DNA of 63,286 nt, the filler included, from Octopus bimaculoides (Eukaryota): assembly GCF_001194135.2 (NCBI RefSeq). It is 6 parts of 4 records of this genome, joined end to end, with 100 filler letters (N's around TTAATTAATTAA, not from the genome) between each part and the next. Parts side by side here need not be neighbours in the genome. Positions count along the whole stretch, not along the records: positions 46,086 to 54,842 come from NC_068982.1; positions 54,943 to 61,232 come from NC_068982.1; positions 61,333 to 63,286 come from NC_068995.1; 3 more parts are not named here. The stretch is one strand, 5' to 3'. Made by a program: the position numbers and the translations under genes. Each line of letters opens with the position of its first letter. Positions within the stretch are counted from its first letter, which is position 1. The notes under the pieces were generated by a model that ran no database searches, had not been told where the DNA came from, and saw only the letters and a list, made by a program, of their open reading frames with translations. This document shows positions 52,809 through 63,286 of the stretch, one piece after another.

Positions 52809-54287
52809 ATGTATGTATCTATACGTCACACGATCTATTTGACTAACTGCTACAATCAGTATGCATATACTTAGATGAATGATACAAAAGAATGCTAGGA
52901 TCGCCTGTAGTTTAGTGGACAGTTTAAGTACTATTGTAAAATTCTCATAATACTCTCTCTCCTCCTCCCTCTCTCAGTGTCTCCTACTCTCACTATTTCA
53001 TTTGCTCATTCTCTATCATTCTGGCACAAACATTTACATAAACATGCACCAACTACTTTGCACAGCAATATACCCGATTAAGATAGCAAACTACATAGTC
53101 TGAGCTTATGCTTTCCTTCTCTTCTCCAGTAATGGCTATCTTTGTTACGCTGCCAAGAATAAGCTCCTCCATCTTCTATATTTTTGAAGAAATTATAACA
53201 CAATTTCCTGGTAAATATTCATATATGAATATTTATGAGACTTTCACAACCGTATCAACTTCATCTTTTATACCTAAAAGTGAGTCAGCGCCATATATAA
53301 CACTGATTATATTAAATTATTTACAAGACGGACATCTGGAGTCTTATCCACACTAGCTCTTACTGTAGAATAACAAAGTACGGAATAAGTAGGATTATGG
53401 AAGCTTGGCCATGAAATAAAGTTTCAGAATGTTGCATAATTCTTAAACTCGAAGAACGAAAATCTACAAAAAATCAAAAATTTGTCATTTTCATTGCCAA
53501 GAAATAGTCAAGAAAGTATTTTTATGATGAAACGAATTATGAAAAGAGCAGTTAAATGTTGAACCCATGTGTGTTAGTTGTTTCAAGTATCCCTTTTCGT
53601 TTGGTTCATAGGATTAAAAGTGGGCATGGTTGTATGACTGCTAGAATTGTGACGAAAGTATACATACGTGTGTGTGTGCGTGAATATATATATATATAGT
53701 TTTAGGGAAAAGAACCTAGGCTCATGAACTCATCGATGAAAATCCACTGTCACATATAGAAAAATTAATAAGTAAAAGCACAATAAATAAGTTTAATATA
53801 ATACAAATATATAATAATCATAAGATAATGATAATAAAACGACTACACGTGTTTCATAACCAATTTTCAAATAGAAAGAAAATTTAAATCGATTAAAACT
53901 ATCGAAAATCAATTCTATTCAAAAATATAGCTAATCTTTATGAAACACGCGTAGTCGTTTTATTATCATTATCTTATGATATTTACTTTGTATTATATTA
54001 CACTTATTTATTGTGCTTTTACTTATTAATTTTTCTATATGTGACAGTGGATTTNNNNNNNNNNNNNNNNNNNNNNNNNNNNNNNNNNNNNNNNNNNNNN
54101 NNNNNNNNNNNNNNNNNNNNNNNNNNNNNNNNNNNNNNNNNNNNNNNNNNNNNNNNNNNNNNNNNNNNNNNNNNNNNNNNNNNNNNNNNNNNNNNNNNNA
54201 TTTTATACTGTGAAGCTTAATTTTATTTTAATTTTTAATAAATTTAATTTAATTGAGATTTTACCTGTAAATTTGGATCTTTATCCC

Positions 54288-54341
<54 letters not shown>

Positions 54342-54942
54342 CGTGTGCATATATATTATATGTGTATATATATATTTGTGAGAATATATATACATATATA
54401 TATACATACACACACACACACGCACACACACACACATGTATATATATGATGTAGTGTAATTTAATAAGCAGAATCTATCAGCGATATATACATCTATATT
54501 TTTCGCAGTGTACCATATACGACTATATTAACCATTAACAACTAATACCCAACGGACTGTATATCCAATTTGTGAATTATCTTGTTATCACTATACGCCA
54601 TGATAATGTTATTTCAGATTCTCATTTTTGTTATTGCTTAGTTTACAAATATTTCTTATTTAGTTGTGTTCTAAATTTTCATTGTATATATTATTTCTCC
54701 AGCAGTTATTTAAGTGTATTTTCTTTGTTTACCATTAAGTATATTTGATTCCGATGTGTTTTTATTATTGCATTTGTATGAATGAAAAGGAATTCCTCAA
54801 GACGAAATAACCAAATGTTTGTTCATGGTTATATATATATATNNNNNNNNNNNNNNNNNNNNNNNNNNNNNNNNNNNNNNNNNNNNTTAATTAATTAANN
54901 NNNNNNNNNNNNNNNNNNNNNNNNNNNNNNNNNNNNNNNNNN

Positions 54943-54997
<55 letters not shown>

Positions 54998-54999
<2 letters not shown>

Positions 55000-55172
55000 T
55001 TGTGTTTATCCTCCACCATCGTTTGACAACCGATGTTGGCGTGTTACGTCCCCGTAACTTAGCGGTTCGGCAAAAGATACCAATAGACTAAGTACTAGGC
55101 TTAGATCGATTTCTTCGACTAAAGGTAGTGCTCAAGCATGGCTGCAGTAAAATGATTGAAACAAGTAAAAGA
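54998..55172 (+). mobile_element. SINE family B, 3' module after (TG)n
   Basis: CATCGTTTGACAACCGATG...CAAGCATGGCTGCAGT...AAACAAGTAAAAG. Confidence 0.8.
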
Positions 55173-56033
55173 AAAAACGTGTGTGTGTGTTCAAATTTCG
55201 TACATATATATAATAAAACAAAATATAAGAGACTGTTTATACCAGGGATTCTCAAGTGGTATCCATATGACCCTTGGGTATCCATATAAGATTTTGTTGC
55301 TAATATTTATGTGCAATAAAATGGTTATAGTTCTACAATACACAAATTTTTAAATTTTTTTGCGGGGTGGTAGGGTTCAGTTCCAGCTATTGTTTATAAA
55401 AATTATAATTATAATTTTATAATTTATAATTATAAATTAAAATTCATAATTATAAAATAGAGTAAGATTATTTTCTATATACAGTAAATAGTTATGGAGG
55501 TACATCTGGGTGAAATACGAATCAAAGGAGTCCATAGGTAAAAAAATGGTTGAGAACTTCTTTATAAGATATTTAGTTACTCTATCATATGTAGGTTTTA
55601 TTAAGAATAAACTATCATTAGTTACATAAATCGATTTACATAAGACGCACTGTAAAATCTCCAGAAATGTGTAACCATTATATGTAATATTACTGAATCG
55701 CAAAATTCTTGACATATGTTAGTAACGCGGAGATAACGACCCGCGGGTCTCTGAGGATTTGACAATACGTCTTGATTATGTAATTTGCGGAGTGTAACTA
55801 ATAATACTTTGATGTTCATGAAATAAACGTAAGATAGTGTAACTAAATGTCTTATGAGCAATCATTCGTGTTTTGTTATATTTTCTATATGTATTCTGTG
55901 AAATACCCAAATTTCGGCTTCGTACCAAATGATACGATTTCAATAAAACAAATGCCAAAGGTCTTGGTCATTGCCTCCGTGAAGCCGAACACTCGAAAGG
56001 ATGTCGGCCACTTTGCCTATATATATAGGGTAA

Positions 56034-56067
<34 letters not shown>

Positions 56068-56787
56068 NNNNNNNNNNNNNNNNNNNNNNNNNNNNNNNNN
56101 NNNNNNNNNNNNNNNNNNNNNNNNNNNNNNNNNNNNNNNNNNNNNNNNNNNNNNNNNNNNNNNNNNNNNNNNNNNNNNNNNNNNNNNNNNNNNNNNNNNN
56201 NNNNNNNNNNNNNNNNNNNNNNNNNNNNNNNNNNNNNNNNNNNNNNNNNNNNNNNNNNNNNNNNNNNNNNNNNNNNNNNNNNNNNNNNNNNNNNNNNNNN
56301 NNNNNNNNNNNNNNNNNNNNNNNNNNNNNNNNNNNNNNNNNNNNNNNNNNNNNNNNNNNNNNNNNNNNNNNNNNNNNNNNNNNNNNNNNNNNNNNNNNNN
56401 NNNNNNNNNNNNNNNNNNNNNNNNNNNNNNNNNNNNNNNNNNNNNNNTATAGGGCAATAAACATGTATGTATGTATGTTTTTATATATGTGCATATGTAA
56501 ATGTATATGTATACATAACACAAATGTACAAACAGACATACCCGTGTGCGCATGTGTTCGTGTGTGCGTGCGTGTGTGTAAATGATACATATATTTACTA
56601 ATATATTAAATGGACCAACAACCAAAGGGAAAAGCAGAAGTAGGAGTGGCGATACGAAATCCCACCACCCAAGAGAAATCGGTCAAAGAAGAATGATGAT
56701 ATGTAAAGATCAAGAATCATTGTCGTGCCCCAGCATGACTGCAGCCGCATGGCTGAACACGAATAAAAAAAATACATGCACATCAGT

Positions 56788-56840
<53 letters not shown>

Positions 56841-57979
56841 ATTTACTCTCTTAACTGATCGGCTGCTATTCTACTTGTTGGAGTCTTACAGCATAAGATA
56901 TACCATTTACCCACATATGTACATAAATGGCATATACGTATGCTATTTAGTTTCTGCTTTATTGTCATGGAGTGTTAACACACATAAAACCTTACAATGT
57001 AGATAGGCTATACGTAAGACCGCGCGCACACACACACGCACAAACACACCAACCACATTAACTACACATATTTTTTTACTTCTCCTTAGCACAAGGACAT
57101 ATTTATAAGCTATCATTAGCCAGACAGATTACGCTTTCAATCAAGTTGTTACACGAATGTTTGGTTTTGCAAAATAACGTCAGTCATTCCCTTAGCAATA
57201 AGATCAGAGATGGGGGTTACCATGGTTTGTCGGTTTGTTTATGTTGTAACATTCTGCGTAATATATAATCAACACAGATAGACAATGATCAAAATAGCTG
57301 GTTACTGTAATACCTGTTTATACAGGAAAAAATATTGTCGATTTGGCGCCCCCACCTTACTTCGCATCCACCACCGCCTCTTCCTCCTTGTCGTATCGCA
57401 CATAATGAAAAGGATATTCATTAATATTAACAAATATTTCTGATACGCACAATGACTAAGTTTTTATGTTTGTACGGGTGGGGTTGTCGGAATTTGTAGC
57501 AACTGCACTTTTACTAAGGGCATTAGCGTTGTAAGTTAAAACGGTAATCGAATGTTCCAGGTCATTATATTCAGTTTGCCAATAATGGAAAAAGATATAT
57601 ACTAAATAATTTCCTACAAAGGCTTAATGCGACAAAATTACAGTGAATATTATATGAAGGCGCATGTTTTAGTGGCCAAGGTATTCAGCTGACGATCATG
57701 GGTTCTATTCCCGGTAGTACGTTGTATTCTTGAGTAAGACACTTTATTTCACGTTGCTTCAGTTCACTCAGCTGGCAAAAATGAGTAGTATCTGTATTTC
57801 AAAAGGCCAGTCTTGTCACATTCTCTGTCACGCTGAGTCTCCTTGAAAACTACGCTAACGGCTTCACGCCTGTGCATTGGTCAGTCACTTTCACATTAAT
57901 TTTAGGAGCCGGCTGTTTCGTTGACAGGATTAACTGGAACCCTCGTCGTCGTAACCAACGAGGCTGCTACTAAAATCCT

Positions 57980-58191
57980 TTTCTACTCTAGATACAAGGC
58001 TCGAAATTTTTGAGGAGGGAGCCTGTTGATCAGATCGACTCTAGTATGCAACTGGTACTTAATTTATCGACCCCGAAAGGATGAAAGGCAAAGTCGACCT
58101 CGGTGGAATTTGAACTCAGAACGTAACGGCAGACGAAATACCGCTAAGCAGTTCGCCCGGCGTGCTAACGTTTCTGCCAGCTTGCCGCCTT
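57980..58191 (-). mobile_element. SINE family A
   Basis: Reverse complement of head and core. Confidence 0.88.
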
Positions 58192-58811
58192 AGAGAAAGC
58201 TACTAAAATTATTATCAACGTTGGTATAAAAGTACTCTTTTATTCAAACCTAAAGCTGTGGCCATGCTGGGGCACCGCAAGTGTTAACTCCTCTTAAATG
58301 GCCAATCTTATGTGATTGGCTCTTGGTGAAGGAGGGAGTTCAACACTGCCGCCTTCTAGTGTTTAGTTGGCAGAGTTGTTAGAGCAACGAACCGAATACC
58401 TCGCTGTATTTCTTCCGACTCTCTGTGTTTAAAATTCAAGCTCAACGTTGCCTTTCACCGTTTCGGTGCCTATAGATAAAGTACCAGTTCAGGATGGTAA
58501 TCCACATAGGTCTTTTTGGGCGGGGTCATATATAAAATACCAGTCATAATAAATTACCGGCTAGGAGCGGGAGATTGGTGGAGTGTTATGGCGCCGAAAG
58601 AGGAGCCTTGCGGTGTCTGTTTCAACTCTGTACGTTCTGAAGTAAAATTTCGCCACTTTGTCTCTAGTAAAATGGGATAAGACTTGGGAAGGCTTTATGC
58701 AAATTACGCGTGTATTTCAGCTGAGCACTCGCAACGCCAGTGTATCGACCCATAGGAGTGTAAGCAAAAGTCGCTCATAACCAGCACACTCAAAGAATAT
58801 TTTATTGCTAA

Positions 58812-58992
58812 TTTTCACTGGTTTCAGTCATTGGACTGCGCCCATACTGGGGGTACTAACTCGAAGGGTTGGACAAATCAGCCCCAATACTTTAAGCTTT
58901 TTTTAAAGTCTGGTACCTATTTTGTTTTCTCTTTTGTCTAACCGCTAGGTTATTGGGACGTAAACAAACCAAAACCGGTTGTCAAGCGATAT
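58812..58992 (-). mobile_element. SINE family B, 3' module (diverged)
   Basis: GTTTCAGTCATTGGACTGCG...GGACGTAAACAAACC...GTTGTCAAGCGAT. Confidence 0.7.
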
Positions 58993-59028
58993 GACACAAA
59001 CAAATAAATAAACAAGCAAATACATATA

Positions 59029-59400
59029 CAGTAATGCCTCACTTTACGAGGACCCGTTTTACGAGACACCAGGCTTACGAATTTTATAATGAATATAAAG
59101 ATCCAAATTTTGGACGAAGTCCAAAAGTTTCTACTACCATAATAGACGCTTCTACGTGTTACCGAGAAATCTACAGAGAAAGAAACAGAGCTTTTTCTAA
59201 GCAAACAATTCTAGACTTACTTTTTAAAATGAAATCCACAAGTCCGTCTACGAGTGCTTGTGAGTCGGCGATCGCGTTTACAAGAGATGGTGTGCGCGAG
59301 TCTAGTGCGAGTGAAAATGATTCAGAAAACGATTATAATAATATCTTTTTTATTATAAATGATCTTGACATTCTTTTTATATTACATAAAATATTCTTTA
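59029..59400 (+). mobile_element. Tigger/pogo-type internally deleted element
   Basis: TA plus CAGTAATGCCTCACTTTACGAG terminal-repeat-like start, followed directly by DPNFGRSPKV...CYREIYRERNRAFSKQTILDLLFK, typical of a Tigger transposase C-terminus. Confidence 0.75.
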
Positions 59401-60004
59401 CATTCTGCTGTTGTTTTATTGCCATTTATTTACGAGTATTGTAAATTTTATANNNNNNNNNNNNNNNNNNNNNNNNNNNNNNNNNNNNNNNNNNNNNNNN
59501 NNNNNNNNNNNNNNNNNNNNNNNNNNNNNNNNNNNNNNNNNNNNNNNNNNNNNNNNNNNNNNNNNNNNNNNNNNNNNNNNNNNNNNNNNNNNNNNNNNNN
59601 NNNNNNNNNNNNNNNNNNNNNATATATACACACATATATATACATACATACATGCATACACACACACACACACGCACACACACACGCACACACACACACA
59701 CACACACGCACACACACACACATATATATTTATATAACGGGCTTCTTCACAATGTATGTGAGACAAGCACAGACAACGATGCATACATACATATATACAT
59801 ACAAACATACATACATACATACATACATACATACATACATACATACATACATACATACGTACGTACGTACGTAGCGGGGTAAAGAGTGGCTAGAAGAGGA
59901 ATCCAGATGAGTGGATATGATGCAATCATCGTCGTCGTCATCATCGTCATCAGCATCATCATCATCATCGTTATTATTATTATCATTATTATTATTATTG
60001 TATT

Positions 60005-60855
60005 ATTATTTGATGGAAACTCTCAGCTTATTTTGCTGGGTATGCTGGAAATTGTCAGCTGTCCACAGCCAGTACTCTAAGGTGACACTTGTTTACTGGT
60101 CATGCTTCAAGAAACCTGCAAAGAATTCTTACAATTCCAAGCAATGCTGATTTTTGTTGGGTGTTCTATCTTTACATTTGTGCCAATCTTTTTTTACCGA
60201 TGTTGGTAGTTGAGTACTGATACTTCCAAGTGCGCCAGTTACTATTGATATTACGTCTACTCTACTCATTGACCACAACTTTCGTATTTCCCACTTCAAA
60301 TTGTCATAGTTGTTTATTTTTTTCATTTTCTTTCTCTTTGATCCTGTTGTCATCGGGACATGCATATTTTTTTTCTTTTTATTCACCACAACAATGTCCA
60401 GTTTCCGATGTCTGGTCAGGTCGTCGCACTAAATCGTTGTACCCTACAGGATTTTGCAATCTTCAATCTCAGTGACTTCTTCTGAGGTTTTCTCATACCA
60501 TGTCTTTGCTCTTTGTAGGCCGTGATTTCCACAGCGCTCCCAATGGATCATTATTGCTACATTGTCTTGTCGTTTTTGTAATCGCGTTGTGCCAATTTCG
60601 AGCATTCACTAACCATGTGCCATACCGTTTCACCCCTCACACCACACATTCTGCATTTGTTACTGTCGGTAGTATTGTCGATTCTGCACTTCACATAGTT
60701 AATCCTTTACGCTTGTTCTTGTGCTGCACATATAAGTGCTTCTGCCTCTGTCTTCAGGTCACTCCTCATCCATAGCCATAGATCTTCTGTATCTGTCTTG
60801 GTGTTGGTATCTCTTGCAAACTGATCGTACCATTTTTCTCCTTCCCTGCTGTTTC
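60005..60855 (-). mobile_element. Older R4/Dong-like LINE fragment of a different subfamily
   Basis: Degenerate zinc-knuckle region followed by YDNLKWEIRKLWSMSRVDVISIVTGALGSI (RLE domain C-terminus, track ORF 60129-60389) and a (TAA)n tail. Confidence 0.8.
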
Positions 60856-60874
60856 TTTTATTATTATTATTATT

Positions 60875-61232
60875 ATTCAGTAGTTTTATTTTTATAACGT
60901 GCTTTCACTTCACTACCGAGCGCAGCTCTGTGCGCCTTGGGTATGTGCTGTGGTTTGCTGTGGTGCTCTTATGTTTACTGTATTGAAAGTGTTTTGCGTA
61001 GAATGTGTGCAGTACCCAGTAGTGCAATTTTCTGTATGTTATATATATTTGTAAGTCCTGGTGTTTTTGTTATGTATTTGTCTGAATATTTTTTTATTAT
61101 ACCTAAGGCACCTACTATGATAGGAATTGTTTCTGTTTTTAGATTCCACATTCGAGTTATCTCTATTTCCAGGTCTTTGTATTTTGAAAGTTTTTCCATT
61201 TCTTTTAGAGAAACGTTGTCATCTGCTGGTAT
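60875..61232 (-). mobile_element. Young R4/Dong-like 3' end, truncated by an assembly gap
   Basis: Uninterrupted ORF end EKLSKYKDLEIEITRMWNLKTETIPIIVGALGIIKK...LGTAHILRKTLSIQ*, then a short 3' UTR and (TAA)n. Confidence 0.9.
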
Positions 61233-61332
61233 NNNNNNNNNNNNNNNNNNNNNNNNNNNNNNNNNNNNNNNNNNNNTTAATTAATTAANNNNNNNNNNNN
61301 NNNNNNNNNNNNNNNNNNNNNNNNNNNNNNNN

Positions 61333-61387
<55 letters not shown>

Positions 61388-61791
61388 CATGCACATAGAT
61401 AGATAGATAGATAGATAGACAGATCATCTATCGATCGATAGAGAGATGAGCAGACAGACAGACAGACAGACAGACAGATAGATAGATAGAGAGAGAGAGA
61501 GAGAGGGAGGGGAGACAGACAGACAGATAGAGCGATAGATGACTAGACTACATCAGCGAATGAAGCAGTGACTGCGTGAGTGACATGTCTGTCTTCATCA
61601 GATAACAAAGGCGATCAAATCTCATAAGATGGGCGTGGCTTCGCTCTAGAAGAGAAAAAATATAACCACGCCCAGTCATTAATAGACGTGTGTGTGTTCG
61701 CGTGCGTCCGTACGTGCGTCTGTGCGTGCGTGCTTGCGTGCGTGTGTGTGTGTGTGTGTCACTGGAAAATTTCCAAAAACAGCCTTCTGCT

Positions 61792-61827
<36 letters not shown>

Positions 61828-63014
61828 TTTGAAAGATGTATTATGAACAGTGACAAAAATATTTATAGTCGCAACAGCTTCATCATCATCATCATCATCA
61901 TCATCCTCATCCTCATCATCATCATCATCATCGTCATCATCATCATCGCCGCCATCCTTGTCGTCATTATCATCATCATCATCATCATTAGCAGTAGCAG
62001 TAACAACAGCAATTAAAAGCAGATATTTTCCCCCTCACTGTCATCAAGGAAACTCCTACGTGTTTGCTAGACGTTCTAGAAATAGCAGCCAAATCCCCAA
62101 ATCCCCCCTTAAGTCACGTGCTATCATCTACAATACAGATGGTAATGCACTACTGCATCTGAAATACGAAAAAAATAATACAGTTTGTCATGGTTGGAAC
62201 GCCTTTGATAACGAGCTTGTTGCCAGAGCTGACCTTAGGTTAAACAACAACGACAAGGATTTTCGGAGAGGGTGGGATAGTTGCAATGTCGGTCTTGATC
62301 ACGAGAATTCAAGAATAGGGCTCTGTGAATCTTTGATGTCCTTAAAAAACCCCAAGCCCTTCTTATGTGGCACCCGAAGCAACCCCGGAAACCTTACTTG
62401 TCCCATTAGTAACAATAGTTTCAACGTATACAGACAACGTATCATTCGTCGTTCTTAACTAATCGTATCATCATATTTAAAATATCTACAATTCCTAGGG
62501 CTGCCTTCTGCATAATATATATATATATAGTTAAGTGCAGGCTAAAACATTTAATCAATGAGCAAAACCGAAAATAAATGAAGAAATAAAAACAAAAAAG
62601 GCCTTATTTATTATAAGACAACGGACTGACAAAATTAGAATGTAAGGTAAAATGTTTTGCGGGATTCTGTTTCGGTTCCCTGCTCTGTGAGTTCAAATTT
62701 CGCTTCGGTCAACTTCGCGTAAGTCTGTGAATTGAAGGAATTGTTAGCGGTCGGATGAGATGCGTAGTACTTTTTGTTCCGGCTCTTTGTTTTTTTGAGT
62801 TCAAATCCTGCCATGACCAAATCATGTGATAGATTTAACCCTTCGCCCGTTTTAATACGACGAACACCACCAGGCTCCTTGGGTGTCGTTAGCAGAGTCC
62901 ACTCTGTTGGAAGCNNNNNNNNNNNNNNNNNNNNNNNNNNNNNNNNNNNNNNNNNNNNNNNNNNNNNNNNNNNNNNNNNNNNNNNNNNNNNNNNNNNNNN
63001 NNNNNNNNNNNNNN

Positions 63015-63286
63015 CAGGACTTATTCTTTGTAAGCCTAGTACTTATTCTATCAGACCCTTTTGCGGAACCGCTAAGTTACAGGGACGTAAACACACTAAC
63101 ATCGGTTGTCAAGCGAAGGTGAGAGGACAAACACAAACACATACATATATATATATATATATATACGACAGGTTTCTTTCAGTTTCCGTCTACCAAATCC
63201 ACTCACAAGGCTTTGGTCGGCCCAACGCTATAGTAGAATGAACCCGGAACCATGTGGTTGATAAGCAAGCTACTTTCCACACAGCC
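63015..63286 (-). mobile_element. SINE family B, both modules, running to the window end
   Basis: 3' module, internal (CA)/(TA) tract, then the 5' module with an internal deletion. Confidence 0.85.

Noticed and set aside
61850-62458. 202-aa plus-strand ORF
   Set aside because: It starts in a (TCA)n tract and then runs through recognisable dispersed-repeat fragments, with no protein similarity I can recognise.

Overview
This is eukaryotic, AT-rich, gap-ridden draft genome sequence, most likely from an octopus (inferred from the SINE families and the very high microsatellite density). The only host gene I can support is an inscuteable (INSC) orthologue on the minus strand. Nine exons between 28595 and 19431 have canonical AG/GT boundaries and splice into one stop-free frame of 1170 nt (390 codons). 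Its 5' exon(s), expected to carry the LGN/Pins-binding motif, and its last exon(s) are not visible and may sit in assembly gaps. The rest is repeat landscape: at least three SINE families, Tc1, mariner/maT, Tigger and hAT-like DNA transposon remnants, R4/Dong-like RLE retrotransposon fragments stacked at (TAA)n runs, possible Penelope-like ends, and simple repeats. Almost all ORFs in the supplied track are microsatellite, N-gap or repeat artefacts. I found no convincing new biological system. The best leads are an inverted SINE pair bracketing a weak-donor INSC exon, the TAA-associated retroelement stacks, hammerhead-like relics and an E-box/nuclear-receptor motif cluster in an INSC intron.
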